Shown here piece by piece: positions 50,854 through 64,000 of a stretch of DNA of 64,000 nucleotides. The number at the start of each line of letters is the position of its first letter. Position 1 is the first letter of the stretch. Below the pieces are notes generated by a model. It was not told where the DNA came from. It made no database searches and saw only the letters and a list, made by a program, of their open reading frames with translations. Both the position numbers and the translations under genes were made by a program. The stretch comes from Trichodelitschia bisporula (taxonomy: Eukaryota): assembly GCA_010356995.1 (NCBI GenBank), contig ML996698.1, positions 369,923 to 433,922 of the forward strand, written 5' to 3'.

Positions 50854-51602
50854 ATGCTCGCTGCTTGGTCGTACCCCACGGCTTACATGCCCCCCCGCCC
50901 GTCTCCACTATCCCCCCGCTCCGCCAACAACTGCACGTCGCCCGCGTACGTGATGTCGAAACCAATATTCGACATGGGCTCGAGTTCACGGCCGGAGAAC
51001 GCCCCGTTCGCGAAGCGTGCCATTAAGGCGAACCCGTTGATGCGCAGCCGCGATGACACCAAGACGCGCCGACGCGACATGTTCATGAAGAAGGTAGAGC
51101 GGGGACGCGACGACGGACGGTGGGAACAACGGCGTGATCAGGTACGAAGCAACCGGCACGTGCATCACGCGATTTCCTCTAATGGCTTATTTAGATTCTC
51201 CGATCCGACTACATTGCCGAGCAGCGTCGGTGGGAGGAGGAACGCATCCGATCAGCACCGGTCGTCAGTCATGAAATCTACGAAGATGAGGATGACCTCC
51301 CAGTCGCCAACCAGGCATCAAACCTTGCCGGTTCATCTGTGGCGAACGCCCCTGAAAGCAACATGAGCCCCGAAGACGAAGCTGAAGCTATTGCCCGCAT
51401 GGAGGAAGAGGAACTCAAAGCCTATCTGGAACTCGCGGAAGAAAAGCCACTGAATGACCACTTCCTTCAAGTTCCTAGCTCGCCCACGCGATACGGAAGC
51501 GACGAAGAAGACTACAATTCACTCTTCAACGAGTTTCTCGCCACCCAGAATGCCCAGGAGCGGTGTCATGAGCTACACACGGATGAAATGGACATGTCGT
51601 GA
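50854..51602 (+). CDS. Hypothetical protein, 2 exons
   Basis: MLAAWSYP...RPSPLSPR...RRRDMFMKKVERGRDD.RWE.R.DQ|ILRSDYIAEQRRWEE...YGSDEEDYNSLF. Intron about 51142-51194 restores the frame. Confidence 0.75.
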
Positions 51603-51733
51603 GGAGTTTTGGGGTGGCTTGTGTGATTATTGATTTTGTCTATGGACACGATTGCATTGGCGTTGGGGTATAGTAAGTAATGTGGACAGGGAATCTGGAT
51701 CAACAGGGGTGGTGGGGGCGATACAGGATTGTA

Positions 51734-52773
51734 TCATTGCTGAGGGCATCCAGCGTCGATATCTCCAAGCGCTTCCTGAGCCGCGTTCATGTCCCCGACT
51801 AGGTCAGGTGGCGGCGAACCAGCAGCTTGCATCTGTACATATTAGGTTGGACTTCAACTGGTTCTTCAAATGACGCACCTTTTGCATCCTTTCCACAATG
51901 TACTCTCTGCAATCCACTCTCTCATCAGTGTAACCTGCCTCCTCAAACTTGCCCACGATTTCGCGCACGAGCGTCTGCTGCTCTTGGTACCGCTTCAGGT
52001 CATCCGGCTTGACCTTATCCTTGTTTGCTTCCATCCAGGCGGGGAACTTGTCGTGCAGCTCCTTCATGGGCTCATAGAGAATCTCCTTATTCGTGAGCTG
52101 CTCCATCATGCCGAAAAGTAGCTTCGAGAAATCTTCCTCAGATCCTAAGCCTTCAGCACCGCCCTTCTCCATTTCTTTGAGCATGGCAGCCAGGAAGTCA
52201 TCCTCCTCACTCGATTGTGCCGCCGCTTGGCCCGCCGCCTCGCTGCTCGTCTGCATCCGCTCCATGGTCTTTCGGATGGTCTCCTGGAAGGATGCCTCTG
52301 CCTTGGCCGCCGCATCTTCAGCCGCGGCCTTGGAGCTACCTGTCACTTCGGGGGGCGGCGCAGGTCCTAGCAGGGTGGGGTTCGCGGTAGCGGCTTCGCC
52401 GAGCTCCTTGACGAGATCCTCGAATTGCTTCTGCATCTCCGGTGATGTGTGCAGCTCCCCCAGTAGATCCGCCATGCCAGCCTGCAGCTGCTTCGCGAAC
52501 TCATCATCGTCTGGGAACGGTAGAAGTGGATCTGAAGCACTGGGGGCAGTGGGGGGTCGACCGGGACCGGAGGATGTGGGGAGGGGCTTGGAATCGAGCT
52601 TGGTTGCGGCAAATTCATCAAGGACATCTGATGCAACGTCAGGTCAAGTGCGAAGCTGGAGCGACAGTGGACATGCCATCTAGATCGGAGAGATCATCCT
52701 CATCAGGGTCGGGCGCATCCTCTATTGCAGCGGCCTGCGGGGGAACTTCTTGTGATTTGCTGTCTTCCGACAT
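51734..52773 (-). CDS. PEX19: Peroxin Pex19, 3 exons
   Basis: DPDEDDLSDLDDVLDEF, FQETIRKTMERM, MMEQLTNKEILYEPMKEL, MQAAGSPPPDL and C-terminal CaaX CPQQ. The first intron is GC-AG (52628-52676). Confidence 0.95.
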
Positions 52774-53560
52774 CGCTGCGCGGGTTGGTCAATGGCGCAT
52801 ACAAAGTCCGATTCGTGAATTAGATCGCGGTGTTGTTTCCTTTTGCTGAGCCGTGAAGGCGGGAGAGTGGTTAAGAAGTTGGAGCGTTGACTGGGAAAGG
52901 CTTTACGAGGTTGCTCAATCTGCCGAGGGGCAAAGGCGGGAATCAGCCTCCATGTGGGGAACTGGCGCAGAGTCTGGGAGTGGGCTTGTGATTGTGTACA
53001 CGGGACATTCACCGCCGCACGGCGAACTGATATCTGTCGGGACAATACCAACAGCGGTGCGTACACTCTCCGTGCTTGGAGCAATGCTTTCGAATTACTT
53101 TTCCGGAAGACACAGACGATGTTTACAGAATTCACTTCTGGATCACGTGCTGTGTAGTTCTGAGGCACCCAAGTGAACAGCCATGAAGGTAAGGCGATCG
53201 GTGGCCGTGCTCCGCGCTCCGACGGTCATTACGGTTTGGCTGCTGAGCAAAGCGACTCTTTCTCTGCCTCACTCACTCACAACGTCTTCGCTCCAACCCC
53301 CCTTTCCACGGAAGGCTCTTTCAGACGCCCAGTCCTGCGTCTCCGTGCCATAATAACGTGGTGAGCTGCGAGCTTCGAGACTTCACCCTACCTTGAAGCC
53401 TCTCCACATTCGTCGAACCACGGGCATCCACAGTGCTTGTCGGCTTTGCAGGTTGCCACAGCTCTTTATCTTGCGCTACATATCTATCTGGCTTCTATCT
53501 GGCACTTTAGGTCTCCAGGTCATCCCCCCGCTGAAGTAGACGTCTTCATCAGTCGCCACG

Positions 53561-54146
53561 ATGTCACTGTGCCAGAACAGACTCCAAGAAGAGCGGTGCG
53601 CCACCTCACTCACAGATGGCCTCACGTCCACAGACCACCGGCTAATATACTCGCAGGAAGCAGTGGCGCCGTGACCACCCCTTTGGCTTCTTCGCCAAAC
53701 CTCTACGTACTCCGCAGGGTGCCCTCGATCTTAAGCGTTGGGACTGTGGTGTCCCCGGAAAGGACAAGACGCTGTGGGAGGGTGGACTTTTCAAGCTGGA
53801 GGTCATATTCCCTGACGGTGTGTACTGACGTTCGCATATTCCTTACAATGTTGCTGACTTGGCGCCAGAATACCCCACCAAGCCGCCCAAGTGCAAGTTC
53901 ACCCCCCCACTGTTCCACCCGAACGTCTACCCTTCCGGCACCGTGTGTTTGTCCATCTTGAATGAAGAGGATGGCTGGAAGCCGGCGATCACCATCAAAG
54001 AGATCCTTCTAGGCATCCAGTCACTGCTTGATGAACCAAACCCCGATTCTCCAGCTCAGGCCGAGGCCTACAACCTGTTCAAGAAGGATCGCCCTGGCTA
54101 CGAGCGTAAGATCAAGTCCATCGTCAAGGATAACCCAGCTCCTTAG
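53561..54146 (+). CDS. UBC9: SUMO-conjugating enzyme Ubc9, 3 exons
   Basis: [23 protein letters not shown]...[13 protein letters not shown]...[26 protein letters not shown]. Confidence 0.97.
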
Positions 54147-54526
54147 GTTTGCCATGGCGAGCTTTACTGTTCTGGCGCATTGGAGGTAGGGCTGTGCGCG
54201 GGACTCATGATACCAGCAACGTTGTGCGGCGGATTGGCGTTAGTGGATCTGGGAGATTTTGTCGGGCTAGAGACACCTTGGCGATTCGATTTGCATCTAA
54301 CAAGGCGTCTGCGTTGGCCGACGGCATGGCACTCACCAGATGAAATACTGCGATGATTATCATATTTCGGGTTAGACGTGCATAATGTCATTGAGCGTTT
54401 ACACCCAGTAAACCCTTCACCTATTACCTATGCCCTAGTTCTACAGCAAAGGAACCCTTCATCTGCCGCGCCCACGCCATAACCGCACTCGTAGAATGCC
54501 CATCCCACAATCCCACAAAGACTGAG

Positions 54527-55513
54527 TTAGTCAGTCAAATCAATCGTCTCCACCTCCCGTTTGATCCGGGAGCGCGTGGGGCCACCACCAGCGGTTGATA
54601 GCTTGCGTTTGGTGGTCTGTGTCCTGTCCTCTGACTTGACGGGCTGATCAACCATCTCGAACCCATCACGGTCAATGCCCTTCTTCTCCTCGGCGCGCGG
54701 AATGATATATTCCGTTTCAAGGTCGCCTGGAAACTTATTAACAACCTTTCCCATACCAATTCAACATATCTTACGCTTGGACCGGTACCGAAACTCGAAA
54801 GTCGCGAATGGGTGTTGCAGGGTATCGATCCAGTTGATCCGGACATGGTCGGGCCTCTTAATCGTCTTTGGCTGTCCGAGGCTAGATTCGTTAGCAATGT
54901 AGGTGGATGCGGCATCCTACTGTAGGCTGAAACATACGTTGCCGAGTGTGATATGGCTTTACCCTTCAACGCTTTCTCTGCAATAGATTTCTTTTCCAAA
55001 TCGTATTTCTGCTCAGAAGGGCCAGGGTAAAGGTCCAGCTGCTCGCAGCGGTGCAATCGGACCTCAATTTTGCCCAGATCCTGAGCCCCGGATCGCTGCC
55101 CTGATTGGTCGTCGACTATCCGCAATTAGCTACATGCACCAAACTTGAGAGTCTTGACATTTACCCGTAACCAGGTTTGTAAACATGTAGTTTTGCTCGA
55201 CCCATCTCCCGTCGATGAACGAAATTTGGCTGGCAAGAGTAACTGGGTGAAGCCTTCCGCGGGAAGGAACCAGGCCGGTCAACGCTCTGCCATCCAAGGT
55301 GGGACGAACATTGATGTCGTACTTTCGGTGTGTAAAGTCTTCGTCAAACTGCACACGGATCTCAAAATACTGTCCCGCCTTCGACTCGATGTAGCAGACG
55401 GTCGTACGGGGCTGGGGGGCATCGTCACCGTCCGGTTGAGAGTACTCAGGCAGGGTCTCGCCGTTGCTCACGATAGTGACGTTGAGGCCTGGCAGCCCTG
55501 GAAGGATTGCCAT
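54527..55513 (-). CDS. Conserved fungal hypothetical protein (DUF7918-like), 4 exons
   Basis: MAILPGLPGLNVTIVSNGETLPEY..CYIESKAGQYFEI..LGKIEVRLHR..IAEKALKGKAISH..PFATFEFRYRS..L....IIPR, ending ETIDLTD. Confidence 0.75.
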
Positions 55514-56471
55514 AGTTTCGGCAGCGCCTTGTCGCGAGAAAAGAAGCGAAAGGTGGGTGGACAATCACTATGACTGGCAAAGGCTTGTGGTGAGGTTGAG
55601 GAATGGGGAACTTCCATATACGCGAGCTCAGTATGACCACACGCTATCACGTGACTGGCGGCCTCAACGCGCTGGGATTCGAAAGGATACGGCACGATGA
55701 GCAGCCAGCAGGAAAGTACGTGGTCGCCCCCCTGGGCAATTTCTATGGTACGCCTCAGGGAAGGACGGCAATGACTTTTTCGGGTGGGCCCCACGGGCCT
55801 GTTGACTTTCAGGTATCAATGTCTTTCACGTCTTGGCCAGCGCCTTCTGTGGCCGCTTGGGTTCAGCCTTGTCTTGGACGGGCACGGACGGCCAGCGTTA
55901 CGATCCTTGTGCGGTCCCTCAAGCGAAAGTCTGGCAACATTGACAGTTCGCATGTGCAAACTTCCAGCAAAGTCCAGTATCTCCGTTATCTCGTCTGCGC
56001 CATTTATACGCCATTCACACGCCATTTGGAGAGAGAAGGCGACCCGAGAAGTCCATGATGATGTGGGATCGACGACCGACCATCCCCTAGCGCAGCTATC
56101 AACTTAGCTTGCTTGTAAATCAACATTTTACTGTAGTAGACGCCAAGGTGGCTATCCGAGCTGGGGCCAATGCCTTTCGTACCGCAGGAATCGGGCAATT
56201 CAGATGGAGAGGCCGATGGTGTCTATATAATCGTCGTTTGAGCTCGTTTCCCCTCACTCAAAGTGCGGTACTGCGGACCAATCAGCTTCCTTCTCGATAT
56301 GGGACCGCCGAGGATATGGAAAGTATGTCCAGTACGGTAAGCATAGCATTTACCCCGTCCCGTTCCTTGATATTCACAAGCCTCTAGCTTATAAGGACTC
56401 TCAATCCCGATGCTCCACCCTACCCCGCACTTTTAAACGACACACAACCTTACCTTCGTTGAATCGATATC

Positions 56472-57729
56472 ATGGGCTCAATCACAGGTTCAGACTTTGA
56501 AAAGATCCTCTCAGAGGCTACTGCCCGCGACGCGAAAAACGTTCCAGGCGTTGTCCTTGCCGCAATTGATAAAGATGGTATGCAATAAGTCACCCATTCC
56601 CTGCGCTGATGCTGACTCGGACCAAGGCAAAACTATCTATAGCAAAGCGTCCGGTTACAATGGTGTAGCGCCGGATGCTGGCCCCATTGACCCTGACGGC
56701 ACCTTCTGGATCGCCTCATGCACCAAGCTGATCACGAGTATCTGCGCTCTGCAATGTGTGGAAAAGGGACTAGTCTCCCTAGACGAGGACATTTCGCGCA
56801 TCCTCCCTGAACTCAAGGACCCGGAGATTGCATCACTTGACTCTTCAGCCCCGAATGGCTTCAAGCTTACGCCGGCTAAGAACCGCGTCACCCTCCGCCA
56901 GCTCCTCACGCACTCCAGCGGCGTTGGCTACGAGTGGATGAATCCCACGCTACAAGCCTGGCGCAAGGTGCATGGCCCGCCAGCCGAGGAGCTCAGCGGC
57001 AAGATTGTTGCAACTTACTCGATGCCGCTGCTGTTCGAGCCCGGCGAAGGGTGGATGTACGGTGGCGGACTGGACTGGGCGGGCGTCATGGTGCAGCGGC
57101 TGAACGGCGATCAATCCCTTGGTGACTACATGGACGAGCACATCTTCAAGCCCTTCGGCATGAACTCAACGACCTTCCAGCTCAACCAACGCCCAGATAT
57201 CAAGAAGCGCGTTGTCCAGGCGGCGACGCGCACGCCCGATGATGGCTTGGTGCCCCATCCGAAGGCAGTGTGGCTCGAGGAGGTGCATGAGCACTCCGGA
57301 GGTGGTGGGCTCTGGTCGTCCGTCAACGATTACATCAAGGTGCTGCACGATCTGGTCAAGGACGAGCCGACTCTGCTGAAGAAGGAAACCGTTGAGACGC
57401 TACTTATTGCACCGCAGCTGGATCCCGAGGGCCCGGCGGTGCGCCAGCTCGCCGGGGCACGTGGGGCCGTGGGAGCCAATGCTGCCGCTGCTGATGTGGG
57501 CATCAGCTATGGGCTCGGCGGAATGGCCATTACCAAGGACAATGAGTTTCTCCCCAAGAACACGCTGTCGTGGGGTGGCTTGCCGAACTTGAAGTGGTTC
57601 GTGAATCGCGACTTGGGAGTGGCTGCTATGTATGCGAGCCAGGTTCTCCCACCTGGTGATGCGAAGAGCACTCATCTGTCGTCGCAGTTCTTCAAGGAGG
57701 TGGTTAGGCTGGCCAAAGAGAAAGCATAG
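56472..57729 (+). CDS. Beta-lactamase-fold serine hydrolase / LovD-like acyltransferase, 2 exons
   Basis: FWIASCTKLIT (SxxK), LRQLLTHSSG, PLLFEPGEGWMYG, WGGLPNLKW. Intron about 56578-56626. Confidence 0.92.
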
Positions 57730-57881
57730 CTTAGTTTTTGATCGATATCAATTCATATTCCTCTAATAATCGTCAGGTCTTGAGATCACTGACACCCAGG
57801 CACTCTCGCGGCTTGCCCAGCCAACGTCATGAAGGGCTTCTGCGGCCTCATGTTCCCCGGATATTTCATCCACCATCGACT

Positions 57882-60738
57882 TCACCAGCCACCTCTCACG
57901 ACCCACCCGATGAGCATGCCATCTCCGACACAGACTACAGTACACACAATCCCGACAATGATCCATCCAGGCCAGCTTAATCGTACCACATCCTCACGAA
58001 TTCCGCTCATCAAGTTAACGAGCCCAACAAGCGCGAATACCAAGCTCGACGCAACACCAAACACGATGCCAGCGTCCACTTCCGTCCGTTCACGCTTCCT
58101 TCCCGTCAGAGCCAATGTGCCTATGATAAGCGTGATGCTCAAAGCAGCAGTCAACGCGAGCACAGGATTAACAATGGAAGCTATTGACGCATCGGGTATG
58201 TAAGTCGGTAGCGCCTTGGGGTCGCCATCATACAACGTCCCGTAGCGCATGCGGCGCGCGTGCGTGCTTTCGGATGTCGAACTCTCAGCCTCCGAGTCAG
58301 AGTCGGCCGAGTCGTTGGACCCGCGAGAAATGAGGGCACGTTCTTCATCCGGCACCTTCTCTTTACTATGGCCGGTGACCAAGGCATATAAACTGTTCAG
58401 GGCCTTCTGTGCGGCAACCTGACCGGGCCAGGGCTCAGATGGGGCAGATGGATCAATGTACAGGTAAAAGGCATTTGGATCGTCTTCCAGATCCTCAGGG
58501 TGGTCATATTCGGACCAGTATCTCACGCCTGGAACTTTAAGCGGTGGACGGCCGGTGTACCTTTGAGGTCGCCCATTCCCTTTCTGCAACGGCGTGTCGG
58601 CAAAGTCTCTCGCTTCTACGGGAGTTGGAGGAGTGGAGCCCAATGAGGTCGTCGTTTCAGCAGCAGTGGAGGAGGCGTTGCCAGAGTCGGTGGCCGATGA
58701 CCCAAGGGTGATGCGGCCAGCTGTTGTTGCGGACTGCAGACTTGGTCGACGCGAGCGAGCCTCGCGGGTAGAGGGCACTTTACGGATATCGCGAGAAAGA
58801 ACAGAAAGCTGACGGTTGTGAGCTGGTGGCGGTAAATGGAACAGCATTGTCAAACATACCCAGAAGGGCTTCGCCATACTCAGTGGCTTCCAGCATTCCC
58901 ATACGGCATGTGCTGCAATAGTGAAGCCACGGATACGCTCGGTCTTGATTGCGTTAGCTGAAGCCGGAACCATGCTCGGAGTTCCACTTACCAAGTGGCT
59001 TCGGTCCAGAATACTGACTAGTTTGCCCGCGCCATCTCCCTCGTATCGGACCTCCAGCACAGCGTACGGGAAGAGTGTGGCATCGCGAGCCACATTCTTC
59101 ACCCAGTCCTTGCCTGCCAGCTCTTCACGTACGATCTTTTTCATGCTGATGTCCATGTCAAGGACGCACCAGGTGCTGCATGAGCGCTTATTTCCCAGTC
59201 CGACAAAGCGAGCCCGTCGTGATAATACGCCAACGAGAGGCTGCATCTCGGAATGCTCGTCAAGATAATTGCGCACATCGTCCGGAGCCAAAGTGTGAAA
59301 AGTACGTGGTCGACCGTCTGTTGGTGGGGTCGAACCTGATGTGCGCCACGGAACAAAGTCTCGCTTCACATCGAGGAGCGCGCCTAGATGTTTGCGACGA
59401 ACTCGGGCAGGCCGCTGCTCTACTGTCGCTGTGCCAGTAATACGCTCGCGCAAACTCACGATGGCCTCATCTTCTGTGGTCCACCGCGCGCACAAAGCGG
59501 GGCGTGTGAATGACTGCGCCGATGCATATTCCTCATCGCTAATAGGGGTTCCAGACTGTCGCTTAGCAAATTCTTCAACATCGTCGATGACAATGAAGCC
59601 CGTGTCCGATTCGCGTTCGGGGAAGTTGTCGAGACGCGATGTTGAAGGCCGCCGAACGGTTATAGGCGAGCTGGGGATGGATCCAAAAGAGCCTGGTGTC
59701 GCGGTACCCGCGTTCCGGCTAGGCATATACAAGCGAAGATGCTGCAGCAGCAGGACTTGCAATTCAATCAACTGCTCGGGGTGGATCCAATACACTGCCT
59801 TCCCACCATCCTCTCCAACAGGCACGTTAGCGAAGCTGACATCAAAATCAACATCTCGAGAAGATTCAATGGCATCGACCATCTGCCCTGCTACGATCTC
59901 GGACCGCTCTCTGCGGGCGAGGGGAACAGTGGGACGCAACGCGGGGCTGTTTCGAGGGGACTGCGACAGTGGAGTTTGATTCTTCGAGCCCGTCAGTTCG
60001 GCACGAGCCGTGCGGATGATGTGTAGAATGTCCGACCAGTGATCGAGCTCCGAATCAAGGTTGACACACACGAAGCTGTCTGGCCGGCTAAGCACATCCG
60101 TTTTGAAGCGAGCGTCGAGAGAACTGGACCCAGTCCATTTTTTGTATTTCTTGAGCAATTTCGTGATGGCTAATCGTTGTGCTCCAATGAAGCGGGACAG
60201 GTTTCGAATCTCCTCACCGGCCCTGAGAGCCGCGGTTAGCACCTTTGAGGGTCAGTACTAGGGTAAGTGACGTACTTGATGGCCTCCTGCTCGACGCGGC
60301 CATAGTGAACAATGAGTGATGGAAGTGGAGCGTCATTGCTCGCCCTTTGGCTGCGGAGTTGGATATGACGGATTTGTCTTTCGAGAAGGCCTAAAGATGG
60401 TCAAAACAACGAGTGCATGCAAGAAGTGAGGCGAGCATACCAAGCCGGTGGTCGATTTCAGTACATTTGCTCTTGACAAACAAGCAAATTCGGTCGTGTT
60501 CCTCTACCAAGGCGCGGTACAACGAGTCCTCGAATTCCGATTCACTGGACTTGGCGTGACCAGGAATAGCCAGGGCCTTTCCACGGCCCTGTGTTGTGTT
60601 CTCCTTGATGATAGACTTCAGCTCATCATAGTCGATGTTATCTGGAATGAGTTAGGGTTAATAAGCAACACGCGCATGGGACGTACAATAGGCCCATTCG
60701 GGGATGGAGCGCTGTCGGAGCGTGTCGCCGTATTTCAT
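57882..60738 (-). CDS. SPX domain + VTC/CYTH-like domain membrane protein (vacuolar transporter chaperone-related), 6 exons
   Basis: MKYGDTLRQRSIPEWAYYNIDYDELK (SPX N-terminus), RLAITKLLKKYKKW, KAVYWIHP..LIELQVLLLQH, FPYAVLEVR, and three C-terminal hydrophobic helices. Confidence 0.85.
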
Positions 60739-63700
60739 AAAGGACAGTTATCCGGCAGAGAGGTAATCGCCGAGACCGCAGGTACGATGAAGAATTGGTA
60801 GAATGCGCAAATATTGCGAGGGTTGTTGGCTCGAGACAAGCGTGTGGACAACGGCGGAGGTGGAGGTTATGGTGGCGGAGGAGAGAAGCATGTATCGGGG
60901 ATGTCTCCGGGTAAGGGCCAGTGACGAAGTTGAGGGTTGGAGGGTTTGGGGGGGGGGGGTTAGCAATTGGCCCCACAGCACGGATTCAGCACAACGGAGA
61001 TGCGACAAGCAGAGGAGGGGAAAACTTTGGTGGTGGAAGAGAATTGACGGCGAGAGGGCGAGCGATAGGCGTCGCAAAACAAATGGGGAGGTTGCTGACG
61101 GGATGACGCCAGTACTTGTACCTTGGTATCTGGGCAACGGAGTGACCGCTGGACGGGTAGCAGAGCACGCCGTATCGGTGACGGCTGGCGCATGCCCAAT
61201 GCTTCGCTAGGCCCCGCGAGCAGGAAAAAAAACTCTAAGCGGGCCGGGCTACGCGCATCAACTGTATCATTATTGGCAACTAACTGGTTACACTGTACGG
61301 CGCACTCGAAACATTACTATCACTGTGGCAAGCAAGCTCACGCTGCACCGTACTTTCGGATGCAGGGAAGGACATGATGGCATAAGCACTTCGCATCTGC
61401 ACTGGGATAGACGAATTCAAGGTCCAGCCTCCAGCATCCAAGAAATACTCGGTCGCCTGTCCTTACCAAGGCTCTCCTCTTCATCATACTACGTAGTATG
61501 CAAGCGCCGGCTATGTGCGTACTCTCCCTGCAGAACGCGCACCCCGGACCGCATGACTTGGCCTTTTTGGCGCCAATAGTGGCCAGAGACCGAAGGTCCG
61601 GAGCCATTGGCAACTTTCGCACGCGCAGCGGAGAGGCAAAGATTACGGATTACGGCGAGAGTCGTGAATACCTCCGGTCGCGGGCGATATGGGGTAATAG
61701 GTGAGTGCGGGGGACTGTGGAGTGGTGTGGAGTTATTTACGTACTGTGTAGTCATCCTTCAGTCCGTTCAGGGAGCGCGGCGTGCCGTCGAGCGGAAGAT
61801 CTGGACCTGCATGGTATGAGCATGGCATTGGCCAACGAAAGTACGAGATGTGGTGGGGTGCTGACTGGGGATACAATAGTACGCAGTAGTACCCTTCAAC
61901 GTGAATAGTAAGCCTGTCTAACTCCACCAGCTGTCTCCTACCGTAAATCGCCCAGATGGCTACTGTAAGATTCGACACCATTAGATATGACTCCGGAGGA
62001 GGCTGAATAACGTAAAAGAGCTGCCGTGAATTCTTGTATACTGTGGTAAATCTCCGACCCATGTTCTACCGCATGCTCCGATTATCGTATCTGCTACTCT
62101 ATTATTCTCCAGTGATAGACAACGAAAGCCCCCCCCGTCCCATCTTCGCGGGACCGGCACACATCCCCGACAACTACCTCAATCCCCCGACACCCCCACT
62201 TGCCACCTGTCAACCCTGCTTCTCACCACCCTGGTGCCCCGCTTCTTACCTCGCTGATGCCCCATTTCAACCCTCCGAGGACCCTCTCCCTCCACATACA
62301 CCATTGTCGGTAGCTCCAGAACTACCCTCACGTCCTTTGTCCCCTGTCCTGTTGCCGCAAGGTATCTGGGATGCCTGGTCTTCTTCACTACAAGGACGGT
62401 AGCTACTGCATAAACTGAACTCTACATACAGTTCTCTCCACTCCCTTGGGTCCTACATGATTTATAGAGTGCTGCGTTTTAACGATCGCACCACTTGATA
62501 GACCCTCAGCACCGGAACTGTCCCCCACACCGGCATACATACCCGCCTCACATACTTTGGCGAGTTTGCCGATCGAAAATACGAGGTTAACGTCCACGTC
62601 ATGCTAGCAAGTTGCGAGTGCGGAGTACAGCCATCGTTGTGGAGTACGTGCGATGACACCATGACGCAGTGGAGACAGCCGTAAAGGCTTGTTAAACCAG
62701 CACATTACGTATATGGAGGCTTGAAAAAGCTTTCCCTGACTTAATAACGCTGCTTGGCTACAATAGTGTCTCCAAAGCTCTTTCGACCGCACAGCAAACA
62801 ACTGCCTGTCACTCCCCCGCTGATATTGCTCGCAAAGGCTCGGCAAAAGCCATTGTCGCTCGGCCGTCAGAGAGTCTGGACCTTGATGCCCGCCAGACGA
62901 AGACATTAAAGGAATTTGCCGTCACCTTATCATTAAACACAGTGTATCCTGAACCTTGTATCGTCAGTCGCGGAAGTGGCGTTTGGCGCTTTTGGGCAAC
63001 GGTTTCCGACTTGACCAGGGCAAGAAAGGCTGCAGGAGCTGCCGCCGCCAATTGCCGTAACGTGCCGTGAGAAAGCCGGTCGAGCTTCGTAGTAATCTGC
63101 CTAGCATGTGGCAAGCCGTCGGCTCCGGTGCGTTGAAGATGCGGCATGATCAACTGAATCTTTGTCCACCGTGAAAACGCCCTGGGTTTGCATCAGCGCT
63201 GGCCAAGTTGTCAGGCTTGGCTTCTACGGTTATCTGACCTCGAGCTGCATCGGCACACAGTGATACAAACGCAAAATGCAGTCATCATGCCTGCTGAGCC
63301 CGATTTTCTGTTCCATCTTTTTCGGCCAGCAACCGGCTGTCTCCGGCCTTCTGTAGATCATTTTGATGCCGTTGAAAAACGCGATGCTCACGAGAAAAGC
63401 TTGTCGTTCATCGACGGCCCACTACAAACCAGTGTGCTGGGGTTACCGACCACACGTGGGCCTTTTTGCGTCTCTGATTGAAGGAAACAAAGGACCCCTT
63501 GCCAACAGCCGCGCATCAAACGCATGCAGAGTCGACACCAACCCTGTGAAGCATTGCTCGGCTCGGATAGTCTAACACCTTGGCCCCCAGACATCCCGCG
63601 CGATCTCGATTTCGTCTGCCAAGACAACGCCTCGCTGGACAGGCTTGACGGCATCACCATCGATCAAATGGATCAGTAAACTTCTTTCAAATGTTGCGTT

Positions 63701-64000
63701 CCCATAAAATGTCAAATGAACATATAACCACCTTGAGGCCTTTGAAACAGTACGCGCGTCCCGCATCATAAAAGGCTGCATTGCAACTGAGTATCTGCGG
63801 GTACCCCAAGACGCGCGCTCGCACGGTCTGAAAACCGGCCGTACCGGGACACGCTTCTCTACATGGGAATCGCTCTATCAGTCCTGTATTCCGCCAATTG
63901 CATACTAGGTAACACGGAGGGCATTAACAATCTGAGGTCCTCATAATCGGTTAGACTTTGATCGTCGGTGAGCCTCAGACCCATAGGGTAGCTTATCCAT

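Noticed and set aside
60948..60960. Poly-G run upstream of the SPX-VTC gene
   Set aside because: Simple homopolymer with no further support for function.
61200..64000. Short ORFs at the window end (62034-62402, 62809-63153, 63188-63481)
   Set aside because: No recognisable homology or splice structure; treated as intergenic.

Overview
Gene-dense, intron-rich (typical introns about 42-70 nt) nuclear DNA from a filamentous ascomycete (Pezizomycotina). Family calls below come from motif recognition by eye; no database search was run. About 26 protein-coding genes can be reconstructed. Housekeeping genes: SGO1, DAD2, NCBP3-like, ARD1/NAA10, SWC4, NADP-GDH, MED5, a RecQ helicase, a PPR protein, RSM25, TatD, SCY1/CEX1-like, Hv1 proton channel, PAB2, PEX19, UBC9 and an SPX-VTC protein. 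Scattered accessory genes: phenol 2-monooxygenase, UstYa/DUF3328 oxidase, heme-thiolate peroxidase, LovD-like esterase and several hypotheticals. There is also an intron-containing tRNA-Trp(CCA). Most notable observations: (1) a highly structured ~200-nt RNA with three box C/D-like motifs inside the unusually long first intron of ARD1, a candidate atypical snoRNA; (2) four GC-AG introns among roughly 65 introns; (3) a protein apparently combining SET_assoc-like, PHD and forkhead-like domains with no SET domain; (4) a solitary UstYa RiPP-type oxidase beside the tRNA; (5) a decayed ~50-bp inverted repeat within a 7.6-kb gene-free region. No intact transposon, rRNA or CRISPR array was seen.
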